From positions 1 to 32,006 of the IMG/VR virus record IMGVR_UViG_3300025803_002419: a DNA stretch of 32,006 nucleotides; one strand, 5' to 3'. Positions within the stretch are counted from its first letter, which is position 1. Each line of letters begins with the position of its first letter. This document shows, one piece after another, positions 7,987 through 16,959 of the stretch. The translations under genes were made by a program, and so were the position numbers. Below the pieces are notes generated by a model that was given only the letters and a program-made list of their open reading frames with translations, searched no databases and was not told the origin of the DNA. The stretch is from a virus. Taxonomy: Duplodnaviria > Caudoviricetes.

Positions 7987-8225
7987 CAGGAACAAAGCGC
8001 CGCGGCGTCAGACGCCACGTTCAGCGCGTCGACCGCCGTTCCGCATTTTGCACTGTCGGCGCCCAAAGCGTGACAGGCAAATTCGGCGACGAAAGAAAGA
8101 TGAGCGAGCAGCTTGCCACTGACGCCGCAAGCGGTCGAAATCTGCACGCCCGAGCACGAGCTCGACGACAGGCAGACCACCAGCGCGCAAAGCGTCGCGA
8201 GCCTATTCACTGCCCGAGCCTTCAT
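7986..8225 (-). CDS. Putative Cys-rich lipoprotein (possible o-spanin-like)
   Basis: MKARAVNRLATLCALVVCLSSSSC resembles a lipoprotein signal; lies in the lysis region. Confidence 0.55.
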   Translation of the reverse strand: MKARAVNRLATLCALVVCLSSSSCSGVQISTACGVSGKLLAHLSFVAEFACHALGADSAKCGTAVDALNVASDAAALCS

Positions 8226-8442
8226 CGGCTGACCCTTCATCGGCTGACCCTTCGACGAGGCCGTCGGGCGTTGTTTCGCCCAAGATATCCGTCGACAGCG
8301 TTTCGACCATGTCCTCGACGAGCTCGGGCGGCTCGGGCGCGACGCCGTTCGCCGCCTGGATCAAGTAGAGAGCCGCCGCGATAATTCCCGCGACAAATGC
8401 GCCGAACCAAGTGTCGGCAGACTTCAGTTTTTCAATAATCAC
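8203..8442 (-). CDS. Single-TM membrane protein with acidic C-terminal tail (holin or i-spanin candidate)
   Basis: GTG start just after the endolysin stop; TM WFGAFVAGIIAAALYLI; EGSAD repeats. Confidence 0.6.
   Translation of the reverse strand: MIIEKLKSADTWFGAFVAGIIAAALYLIQAANGVAPEPPELVEDMVETLSTDILGETTPDGLVEGSADEGSADEGSGSE
8219..8253. repeat. 15-bp tandem duplication CCTTCATCGGCTGAC (about 2.3 copies)
   Basis: Read directly. Confidence 0.8.
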
Positions 8443-8444
8443 AA

Positions 8445-9374
8445 TCAATACCCCTCGCCCGGTTTCAGGTTTCCGCCGCCGTACTTTTTGAGCGCTCGCC
8501 AGGAATAGCGGCACCACTTAGGGCGCTCCGATTTAGGACCGTCAAATTGCGGCAGAGTGTAAAATTCCCAAGCGTCGTCGAACGCCTGAACCGCTGTCGC
8601 GCCTGGTGATCGATAGCGCGCGAGAACGTAAGAGATTAACGCGCACATTTCCGCGAGCGCGTCGCCGTAGCCCTCGACGCCAATCGGCGACAGTTGCGCC
8701 ATATTCGACGACAGAAGTTGCCCGAGCCCGCAAGCGGTCGAGTGACTGACGCCGTCGGGCCATAGCCCGCGCACGTCACCCGAGCAGAGTCTCGACCATA
8801 CCCTCGGCCAATCGTCGACGGTCGTCGTCTGCGACATCTGCACGCCGTCAAGATGAATCGTGTAGTTCGGTCGCCCAACGTATCCGCCCGACTCGCGTCG
8901 AATGATATGGTGCAGTCCGTCAGCGCTGGCGACCTGCTCGGGCAGCTCAAGAACCTCGCAAGCGGCGAGCGCGAGCTCGACCGTTTCGTCGGCCCGAGGA
9001 GCGTATCGAGGCAAATCGAGCGCAAGCGAGGAGCGCACGCGAGCGAACCGATCGACCGCGTCGACCTTCGCCATTGCCGCGCGTGTCATTCTCCCAGGCA
9101 TTCCGTCGGGCTCGAGGTCGTGCGCCGCCTGCCACAATGCGACCGCCTGCGAGAACGTGTCGAGCTGTCCTGCGGTCATCGTGGCAAAAGTTTCGTCTGC
9201 CGCCTGCGACCAGCCGAGCGCCGATATCAAAAGCTGAAGCGAATCCGGCAGATCCGAAAACAAAAGCCGAGCGCTTGCGATTGCGTCACCAGTGAACTCG
9301 GCAGCTCGGGCGAGCTCCTTGACGTCGAGATGTCGCGGGCATTCGTCGCCGAGGCATTTTGCGCCGCTCGTCAT
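8445..9374 (-). CDS. Endolysin: peptidoglycan-binding domain plus lytic transglycosylase-like domain
   Basis: AVALWQAAHDLEPDGMPGRMT (PG_binding_1-like); IIRRESGG catalytic Glu; ACGLGQLL; YVLARY. Confidence 0.82.
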   Translation of the reverse strand: MTSGAKCLGDECPRHLDVKELARAAEFTGDAIASARLLFSDLPDSLQLLISALGWSQAADETFATMTAGQLDTFSQAVALWQAAHDLEPDGMPGRMTRAAMAKVDAVDRFARVRSSLALDLPRYAPRADETVELALAACEVLELPEQVASADGLHHIIRRESGGYVGRPNYTIHLDGVQMSQTTTVDDWPRVWSRLCSGDVRGLWPDGVSHSTACGLGQLLSSNMAQLSPIGVEGYGDALAEMCALISYVLARYRSPGATAVQAFDDAWEFYTLPQFDGPKSERPKWCRYSWRALKKYGGGNLKPGEGY

Positions 9375-9466
9375 GTGCTGTCGATTCTCTGATCAGAAGA
9401 AAAGCCGCGTTCGCGACCTGGTGAGATTATGAGAACAAGCGCCGACGAGGCAACTCGGCGGAACGG

Positions 9467-11347
9467 TCAGCCGCCGCGAGGTCGCACCCACTCGCGCAGA
9501 CTCGCGCCGAATACGTGCCTCACTCCGTCCCCGACCGTGCAAGTCACCTCGAGCACATCGCCGACGCCAGATCCAGCGGGCCAGGGTGCGATCCCCTTGA
9601 TCACTCCGAGCTGCTCGGCCTCGGATTCTCGAATCAGATCTTGCGCGCTCCAATCGGTCGTTCCGAATCCGTCAGTCAATCCCGCGACCTGCGTTGCGAG
9701 CTGCTCGCCCTGCACAGTTCCGACAAAGATGTCATCTGAAACCGAGCCGACAATCGTGATCGAGCCCGACGTTCCGCCGTTGACGGCTCGAATCGTGACT
9801 TCCGTTTCGACGACTCGGTTTCCAAATCCCGAAGAAATCACGAGGAGCGAAACCTCGATTCCCTCCGAATCGGCTCGACGTTCTACGATCGCGCCCGCTG
9901 CCGGAGCTCCTGACGCCTCGGAGACTCCGAAGAACGACGACAGCGCAGCCGCGGTCGGTCGCATGGCATACCATCGCGACGCGCCCGAATAAATTTCCCA
10001 CGACGCCGCGTCGAGATTCGTGATCGTCTCGTATTGCATGACCTTGTCGACGCTCATGAACCGAGTCGTCGGAACAGAAAAGTCGACGAGCGACGACGCG
10101 TCAGCCTTCACTTCGACGCCGACCGAATGCAGCTTAATTTTTCCGAGCGTATAAACCGATCCGCCGAAGATATCGGCAATCGGCCAACGCTCGGGCCAAA
10201 TCGTGATGTTAGTGCCGCCGCTGACGCTGCCGATATAGGTCGCAGGCTTTGAAGATCCTGCGTTCTGGATCACGCTGTGCGCCGTGACCGACCCCGACAA
10301 AAGGGAGAGCGCGACCTTTCGAGATGCCAGCCCGTCGGCACTCGTCGCGCCATTTGCAACGGCAACCGCCGAGCCCCTAGTCGACTGGAACGAAAGCATA
10401 ACAAGCGCCGAGCGCGAGTCGCCAGATCTGACCGCGACCGTCAGGTCGCTCGACAGGGTCGTCGAGCCTGTCGTCGATAGCGTGACCGCCGATCCGATAT
10501 CGCCGCCGATCACGCGAAGACGAGCCTTTACGGAAGCCGTCGCCACCTCGTAAACGATCCGGACGCCAACCTCGACCGCGCCCCGAGGCACTGGCACCAC
10601 GATCGGAATTCCCCACCATTCATCAGGATGCGTCGACACTTCCGGCGCCGACATCTGAATCTTGCTCTCGTCGGGATATACGTGCGCGCATTGCGGCATT
10701 CGCTCGCGCATTGACGCGATCAGATTCTCGCGGATTCGATAGGGCAGCAAAGCGCTCGCGGATTCGTCGTCTTTTGCGCGCTGGTCGTCGAGCTTGTCGT
10801 CGATGGTCGACGAGGTCAGCGCCCGCGGCTCGACGAGCACGCCATATAGCATCGCCGTCGGAGATCCGGCAGTTCGCGCCGCAAATCTCACTTCGATGAG
10901 ATACTCGGTCGACGCCGACAGCCCGGTGATGCTTCCGGTCAATTCCTGCTTTGTTCCGCTCGACGTGTTCGTCAGCGTCGCGGATGCCTGAAGCACGCTC
11001 GAGGTATTGAACACGGCGACATAGACGCCGCCCGCGCCGCCCTGGCAATCTTGCGCCCATGCGGTCACGTTCAGCCGCCCGTCAAATCCTGCCTGAGTTT
11101 CGAACTTGACCTTGCCGAAACTCGCCCAGCTACCGACGCCGCTGCCCGGTCCCGCGGTCGTGGTCCAGGCGTCAGTGTTCGCCATTGCCAGCACGGCGGG
11201 CATTCGGCTCGCTCTAACCAAATGGTGATCAGCAATCAACGCGTCGAACGCATAGCTGCCGGTTTTGCCTCCGACGATCGGCGCACGAGGAGCGACCTGG
11301 TGCGTTCCGTCGATATATTGCCACTCTGCCGGAACCGTGAACGCCAT
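9467..11347 (-). CDS. Tail fibre/receptor-binding-like structural protein
   Basis: Ser/Thr/Gly/Val-rich beta-type sequence; ITGLSASTEYLIEVR FN3-like motif; last gene of the tail module. Confidence 0.6.
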   Translation of the reverse strand: MAFTVPAEWQYIDGTHQVAPRAPIVGGKTGSYAFDALIADHHLVRASRMPAVLAMANTDAWTTTAGPGSGVGSWASFGKVKFETQAGFDGRLNVTAWAQDCQGGAGGVYVAVFNTSSVLQASATLTNTSSGTKQELTGSITGLSASTEYLIEVRFAARTAGSPTAMLYGVLVEPRALTSSTIDDKLDDQRAKDDESASALLPYRIRENLIASMRERMPQCAHVYPDESKIQMSAPEVSTHPDEWWGIPIVVPVPRGAVEVGVRIVYEVATASVKARLRVIGGDIGSAVTLSTTGSTTLSSDLTVAVRSGDSRSALVMLSFQSTRGSAVAVANGATSADGLASRKVALSLLSGSVTAHSVIQNAGSSKPATYIGSVSGGTNITIWPERWPIADIFGGSVYTLGKIKLHSVGVEVKADASSLVDFSVPTTRFMSVDKVMQYETITNLDAASWEIYSGASRWYAMRPTAAALSSFFGVSEASGAPAAGAIVERRADSEGIEVSLLVISSGFGNRVVETEVTIRAVNGGTSGSITIVGSVSDDIFVGTVQGEQLATQVAGLTDGFGTTDWSAQDLIRESEAEQLGVIKGIAPWPAGSGVGDVLEVTCTVGDGVRHVFGASLREWVRPRGG

Positions 11348-11361
11348 TTAATATCCCTGAT

Positions 11362-13548
11362 TCAAGTCCAAACGGGCGCGACGTCATTCGCCGAGCCGAG
11401 TCGAGCCGAGTTATCCGCGAGCCATGTCCACTCGTTATCATGTCCGGTTGAATCGTATGGTGCGAGAATCACGTAGTCGCCATCTGCCGCGACCCCCATG
11501 CCCGAAACGACGAGCTTGTTCGTCGAAATACCTGTGATCGTCTTCGCTCCGACCTTCTGCGTTCCGTACTGGTCGAGAAGAATGATCTTGTCGTTCACGG
11601 CGAACTTGTCCGAGTCGACATCTGACTCGCTCGGATCCGTGAAAACCTGCGAATAGATCGTCATCGTGCCTGCCGTGTAGGATTGTACCCGCGCGGCAGG
11701 CGCCCACTTTGCGCCCGTGTCCGTGCCGAGGAACATGCCGCGCAGCCGAGGAGCTCCGCCCGAGTCGCGCCCCCACTCGGTCACGAAGAATCTTTGCGCG
11801 TCGCTTCCGCGAACACCATCGTCGCCAGGAAGCGACGAGCATGTGACTTGGAGCACGTTTCCGACATCGGAGTCGATCGCCGAGCCGACCGAAAATCCGC
11901 CCTCGGGAACCGCGCGCTCGAAGGTCGCCGAAAGCGCCTGAGCTCGCCCTTTCAAAGTCAGAAGATTCGCTTCTGACGCGAGAATCTTTACCTCGTATTT
12001 TTTCGTTTTTCCGCCGCCGTGAAGCATCGTCGCAAGTACGCTGTGAACTTCCTCGGTCAGCTTTGTTCCGTTTATGTCTGCCGTGAACGACCACATTCGA
12101 ACGACGGTTTTCGTCGACCGCGGTGTCGGGCCAATCGCGCCGCCTTTGATGTCAGCCGACGAAACGGTGTCGTCGATGATGAAAACCTGACGGAAGTCGA
12201 CGCAAGTGATCACGCCCATTTTGTCGGGCGCCAATGCCAGCCCGAGCGGCCCGAGGAACTCCTCGGCCATGATATCAGCGAGCCGCTCGTCGGATGGTTC
12301 GTAGTACGGCATGACGAACAGATCACCGAACTCGCTCGGGACGCCGAACGACCGAATCACGCCGATCGCGTCAGTCGCGCGGTCGATCTTTGTCGCAATC
12401 TCGGTCGCGTTGATTTCGTCGCTCGAAAGCCTCATGCAAACCGACCACGGCAGCGCGTCGCCCTGAAGCAAGTCGAGAAAAATATCCGACGCAGTCTGAT
12501 CCGCCTGAACCCATGCGTACTCGGCGCGAATCCTGCCCGTGCCGCGCCCGGATTCCCACAGTTCACTCCAGCGGCTCGGAGGATAAACCTCGTCGTCTTG
12601 GCCCATTTGCACGATATTCGGGCCGGTCGTGTCTGGCACGTAGCGCCGAAAGTCAGCGCCGCCCGTGCCGCTGTCGACCATCTTAACGACGGCCCATCGT
12701 CCATCTTGAGAAATCAACCGATGATAGACCCACGTCGGATCATCCCACAGCGTATTTCGTGGATAGTCCCAGAATCCGCCGACGATCGAGCCGTCGATCA
12801 GAAACGCCGAGCTGCTGCTAGTGCCTTGCGGCGCGAAGAACTTTCGCCCGCCGTCGCCGAACATCTGCTGCATTCGGCTTTTCGTGCGGAGCGTCAGCCG
12901 CGGCCCGTCAGGAACGACAGCCTCGACGATTCCTCGATATATGATCGTTTCAGCGCCCTCGCTTCCGATCGTCGCGTTCGATTCCGATATCGTCACGCGT
13001 CGACCTATCAGGTCAGGCCATGACGTAAAAATCTGGGCGCCCGTGCCGACGTAAGGCACATCTTGCAACCCCGTGCCGAGCTGGCCCATTGTGAAATTAA
13101 CGGTCGAGCCCGAAACGCTCGTCACTATGGCGCACGCCGTCCCGAACCAGATCAGATCGCTCGCGCTGAGAACCGACGACACGTCGCTCGACACGACCAT
13201 CGAGGAATCACCCGAGGCGACAAAAGCGGTCGTCGTCACGTCCTCGTTATTCGGCCCTTTGAGCGGCGCAACCGTGCGACGAGCGAGCGGCGTAATCAAC
13301 GCGTGATCATTCAGATAGGCGAGCTCGACCGACACGCCGCCGCCATGCCCGATCGGCTCCAACGGGTCGAGCCTCGCTGGTGAGATCGTCGGATGCTTAA
13401 CGATCGCCGACACCGTCGTCGCCGCTGTCGTATACGAAAGCGCGGCGCCTGGTGTCCTGTAAGCGTACTGTTTCGCGCCTGCGCTATATGCCCCCACGCC
13501 CGCAATCCTAACGATCGTGACCTTGTCGTCGGTTGATATTGCAGCCAT
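11362..13548 (-). CDS. Tail tip/baseplate hub protein
   Basis: 728 aa; second gene after the tape measure; IYRGIVEAV..LTLRTKS hub-like pattern. Confidence 0.6.
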   Translation of the reverse strand: MAAISTDDKVTIVRIAGVGAYSAGAKQYAYRTPGAALSYTTAATTVSAIVKHPTISPARLDPLEPIGHGGGVSVELAYLNDHALITPLARRTVAPLKGPNNEDVTTTAFVASGDSSMVVSSDVSSVLSASDLIWFGTACAIVTSVSGSTVNFTMGQLGTGLQDVPYVGTGAQIFTSWPDLIGRRVTISESNATIGSEGAETIIYRGIVEAVVPDGPRLTLRTKSRMQQMFGDGGRKFFAPQGTSSSSAFLIDGSIVGGFWDYPRNTLWDDPTWVYHRLISQDGRWAVVKMVDSGTGGADFRRYVPDTTGPNIVQMGQDDEVYPPSRWSELWESGRGTGRIRAEYAWVQADQTASDIFLDLLQGDALPWSVCMRLSSDEINATEIATKIDRATDAIGVIRSFGVPSEFGDLFVMPYYEPSDERLADIMAEEFLGPLGLALAPDKMGVITCVDFRQVFIIDDTVSSADIKGGAIGPTPRSTKTVVRMWSFTADINGTKLTEEVHSVLATMLHGGGKTKKYEVKILASEANLLTLKGRAQALSATFERAVPEGGFSVGSAIDSDVGNVLQVTCSSLPGDDGVRGSDAQRFFVTEWGRDSGGAPRLRGMFLGTDTGAKWAPAARVQSYTAGTMTIYSQVFTDPSESDVDSDKFAVNDKIILLDQYGTQKVGAKTITGISTNKLVVSGMGVAADGDYVILAPYDSTGHDNEWTWLADNSARLGSANDVAPVWT

Positions 13549-14388
13549 TCAGACCACCTTCCAACCGCGAAGGTTAACCGTCGAGCGCCTCGGGTCGTCA
13601 GGATACTCAGTCACCCAGTCGGCGAGCTCGCGAATCCGCCCGCCTTCCTGCTTTCGAATCGTCAGATAGTCGCCGTGCGCGAAATAAACTCGGAACGTTT
13701 CGCCCCGGCAGAAATACTCGAGGAGCCCGTTCGCGTCGTTAATCAACCCATTCGGATCGTCTACGTCTCGACCTGCCAGCGCCGCATAGGTCGAATTCTG
13801 GGCTCGATGAAGAAAGACGTTGGCGTCCTCGACCTGCTCCCACATGAGGCGAAGCGACTGCCGCCGCCCGTAATAATCCGTTTCGTCGACGGTGCCATCG
13901 TACACGCTGCCGAAATCGCGATACTCGTGCCGATCGGGTCGCGTTTGTTTTGTCAGCTCGATTCCGGCTGACCACCAGCCCGCGCAATTAATCTCGCTGG
14001 TCAGTGTCACGGTTCCGCTCGCAGGTATCCCGCTCGTCATGGTTCCGTCGACGCCGATGTCGGTCATGGTGATCGAGCTCGACGAGCCCGCCTGCACTGA
14101 TAGCTGCGACGAGGTCGCGCACACCAGGCGGTAAACCGGAAACATAGCGGGCGCTGTCATGTCATACGAAGACGAGGCATTCTGATAGGTCACGCCCGAA
14201 ACGGTATCGAGCCGATCGCCGAGATGCTTTGCGAGCGAGTCGCTCGAAGGCACGCCTGACGCTTCAGAAGCAAAAGACCAGACGCCCGACGTCGTTACGC
14301 TTACGTCTGACGGGCTGCCCGGAGTGCCGACTCCGATATTGCCCGTAAGCGCGATTTGCCTACTGATAACCGGAAAGTGTGCCGCCAT
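13549..14388 (-). CDS. Putative distal tail protein
   Basis: Immediately downstream of the tape measure gene; beta-rich. Confidence 0.55.
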   Translation of the reverse strand: MAAHFPVISRQIALTGNIGVGTPGSPSDVSVTTSGVWSFASEASGVPSSDSLAKHLGDRLDTVSGVTYQNASSSYDMTAPAMFPVYRLVCATSSQLSVQAGSSSSITMTDIGVDGTMTSGIPASGTVTLTSEINCAGWWSAGIELTKQTRPDRHEYRDFGSVYDGTVDETDYYGRRQSLRLMWEQVEDANVFLHRAQNSTYAALAGRDVDDPNGLINDANGLLEYFCRGETFRVYFAHGDYLTIRKQEGGRIRELADWVTEYPDDPRRSTVNLRGWKVV

Positions 14389-16082
14389 TATGCGCCCCTC
14401 GGCAATGCAATATAACCCTCGTCGACAGCTTCTTGAAACGCGTCGCCAGTCACTCGAAGAAACTGGTCGCGGCTGCCGATCTGGGCAAAATTATTTTGAA
14501 AGGTAACGTTCGTCACGCTTTGACTTTGACCCGCTGCCGGAGCCGCGACGCCGCCGCCGCCGCTGATAGCGGTCGCGCCCATCTTCGCCCCGAGCGCCAT
14601 TGCGGCGACTGACGCGACGCCGAGCCCAACCGCAAGCGCCTGCTTTCCGGGCTCAAAGAGCATCATTGCAGACTTCGCGAGCCCCATTGCGCCAAGCGCG
14701 ACGAGCTCGTCGCCAATCATCTTTCGAGTCTCCTCGGCGGATTTCTTGCCCGACTTTATGCTCGCAGCCGCCATCGAAACCGCCGAGTTAGTCAGCGTTT
14801 GATATCCTGACTTCGCCAGGTTGACGCGCTCTTGCTGCTTGGCGGCGCGCGCGGCCTCCCGCTCGGCCTTCGCCTCCTGAAGCGCCTCGGTCTTTTGGAT
14901 CTGGGCGCGCTCGAATTCCGCTTCCTGTTCCATCAGTGACCGCTTTTGCTCGAGCTGACTGACTGCGATTTCGCTCGCGATTTTGTCGCGATCAGCCTTT
15001 TGCGCGAGTGCCTCGTTCAGCAAGTCGAGCGCGTGCTTCTGCTCGAAAATCTGAAGCGTCGCGTTTCCTGTTGCGACCGCCAGTCTCGCGACACTGATCG
15101 CGGCCTCCTCTGCTGATATCGACTGTTCTTCGGTCGCGCTTGACGCGCTCGACGTTGCGCTTGCGCTGTTTCTTGCTGCGGCTGCTAGTGCGAGCTGCTG
15201 GTTCTGGTGCTCGACATCTGCGAGCCGCGAAATATTAAAAATGTGAACTCGCCCTTCTTCAGTCCGGGCGAGCTCGCGGAGCTGATGCCTAAATCCGGGC
15301 ACAATGTGAGCAGACTGCGACAGCGCTGTCTGAAATCTATTGAGCGATGTTCCGACAGATTGCGAAGTGTTCGCCGACTGCATTTCGATGTCGAACATGA
15401 CGCCCGCGACATCTTCAAACGCCTGCGCCAATCCTGGTCCGAGCTCGTCAGCCAGGGACTCGGACAACCGGTTGATCGTGTCTGTCCCAGAGGGAGCGCT
15501 AAACGCTTCCTGGAACGCTTCCATTCTTCTTTGGGCTTCGCTGATTTCATCTTGGAGCCCGTCGAGCCCGCGCGCCGCTGCTCGTGCCTCCCTGTCAACG
15601 CCAGCGAGCGCAGACGCGAAATTGAGCGTAAACCCTACGCCGCCGCGGATTAGGCTAATCAACGGCGACACGACAGCGACCGCGCCGCGACTGACCGAAA
15701 CAAGGTCGCCCATGATCGCACTCATTCGCGCGAACGCTTCGTTTTGATCGCTGGTGCCGATGAACAGTTCGAACAGCATTCCCTTAAGCGCTCGACCCTG
15801 GCGCTCGAGGTCTTCCCACATCTGCTGCCCTTCCTCCGTAGAAGTGAAGTATCGCTCGGTCGATTCCCACAGCATATTGATTCCGCCGCGAAGCAGCTCA
15901 AATCCAGCCTTCGCGATTCCGACCGCCGACGCCGCGTTGACGAGCTTCGCGTTCAGCCCACCGACCGCGCCCCCTGCCGATTCTGACGCGCTGTCGAGGT
16001 CGCCCAGCGAGCTTTGCACGTCGCCGAGCGCCGCCTCGGCTCCTGAAGCGTCTCCGTCGATCTCAATTACTACGCGCGCCAT
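14388..16082 (-). CDS. Tail tape measure protein
   Basis: MARVVIEIDGDASGAEAAL N-terminus; Ala/Glu/Gln-rich helical body; follows the frameshifted chaperones. Confidence 0.85.
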   Translation of the reverse strand: MARVVIEIDGDASGAEAALGDVQSSLGDLDSASESAGGAVGGLNAKLVNAASAVGIAKAGFELLRGGINMLWESTERYFTSTEEGQQMWEDLERQGRALKGMLFELFIGTSDQNEAFARMSAIMGDLVSVSRGAVAVVSPLISLIRGGVGFTLNFASALAGVDREARAAARGLDGLQDEISEAQRRMEAFQEAFSAPSGTDTINRLSESLADELGPGLAQAFEDVAGVMFDIEMQSANTSQSVGTSLNRFQTALSQSAHIVPGFRHQLRELARTEEGRVHIFNISRLADVEHQNQQLALAAAARNSASATSSASSATEEQSISAEEAAISVARLAVATGNATLQIFEQKHALDLLNEALAQKADRDKIASEIAVSQLEQKRSLMEQEAEFERAQIQKTEALQEAKAEREAARAAKQQERVNLAKSGYQTLTNSAVSMAAASIKSGKKSAEETRKMIGDELVALGAMGLAKSAMMLFEPGKQALAVGLGVASVAAMALGAKMGATAISGGGGVAAPAAGQSQSVTNVTFQNNFAQIGSRDQFLRVTGDAFQEAVDEGYIALPRGA

Positions 16083-16083
16083 T

Positions 16084-16524
16084 TCAGCCCCGGTTCGATT
16101 TGTTGAGCCATTCGTTCCAGCGGTTGATCGCTCGACGCTCCTCGATCAAATACTGATTCGCGAGCTCGTACGTGTCCGCGTCGATCCTGTCCGCGGTCCC
16201 ATGTGGGTCCGCATCGATGCACCTTGCGATCTCCTGAATCAGAGCAAACCACGTTCCAGGCGGCGCGAGCTCCTCGGGGTTTTTGTTCATCCCTCCGACC
16301 GCCCGAGGGGCCTCGACTCGTCGCCTCGACTCCGTGCGAACCCACCAGGCGTCGCAAGTGCAGTCGCGCTCGAGATGCCCGTCGGGGCGCATGTCCTCGT
16401 GATCGAGCCGCACTGGGCAGAATCGCGTGATCTTCTGTGTATCCGTGCAATCCCAGCACCTTTGATCCGGTTTCGTGACTGCGCGCGCTAGTCCGGCGAT
16501 CCGACGCGCGCGATCGAGTTTCCC
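16084..16524 (-). CDS. Tail assembly chaperone C-terminal extension (gpGT-like), reached by -1 frameshift
   Basis: The -1 frame is open from the slippery site (LDRARRIAGLARAVTKPDQRCWDC...) into ORF 16084-16413. Confidence 0.8.
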   Translation of the reverse strand, partial: GKLDRARRIAGLARAVTKPDQRCWDCTDTQKITRFCPVRLDHEDMRPDGHLERDCTCDAWWVRTESRRRVEAPRAVGGMNKNPEELAPPGTWFALIQEIARCIDADPHGTADRIDADTYELANQYLIEERRAINRWNEWLNKSNRG

Positions 16525-16946
16525 GATTTGGCCTCTCTCATGAGTCGGCCCCAGTAAATGATCGGCCCGTCGGGAATCTTCGCGTCGACGAACTCGGCAA
16601 ATTCCTCGCGACGAGCGACCGCGTCGAAGGTTTCGACGTCGTCACCGTCCCGAATCGTCACCTCGACGGCCCGCGCCGCAATCACCGGAAGCGACACAGC
16701 GAACAGCTCGTCAGACACGTTCGGCAACGGGTCGAGCGATGAAAAATCAGGCGCTCGACCCTCTGCTTTAGCCTGGGCGGTTTCGATTCGGTACGCTTCG
16801 TTTGCTGCCTCGAAGGAATCGACGGCGGGCTGAATCGCTGTCGCAAACTGCCTCGCTTCGGTTTTCAGCAGACGTTCGACGACGAGCTCGTATATGACGC
16901 CGTCGCAGCGAATGTCGAAATGGTCACGGGCACGAGTGATAGGCAT
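16488..16946 (-). CDS. Tail assembly chaperone (gpG-like)
   Basis: Lies between tail tube and tape measure; GGAG RBS; slippery heptamer near the 3' end. Confidence 0.8.
   Translation of the reverse strand: MPITRARDHFDIRCDGVIYELVVERLLKTEARQFATAIQPAVDSFEAANEAYRIETAQAKAEGRAPDFSSLDPLPNVSDELFAVSLPVIAARAVEVTIRDGDDVETFDAVARREEFAEFVDAKIPDGPIIYWGRLMREAKSGNSIARVGSPD
16518..16524 (-). promoter_or_regulatory. Programmed -1 ribosomal frameshift site G GGA AAC
   Basis: X XXY YYZ heptamer in the correct frame (TCG GGA AAC). Confidence 0.85.
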
Positions 16947-16959
16947 GATTCTCCGAAGG

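Noticed and set aside
9467-11347. Diversity-generating retroelement or invertible tail-fibre target
   Set aside because: No reverse transcriptase, invertase or template/variable repeat pair seen in the window
12019-13023. Long plus-strand ORF (334 aa) and many similar antisense ORFs
   Set aside because: Shadows of real minus-strand genes in GC-rich DNA; Arg-rich with no recognisable motifs
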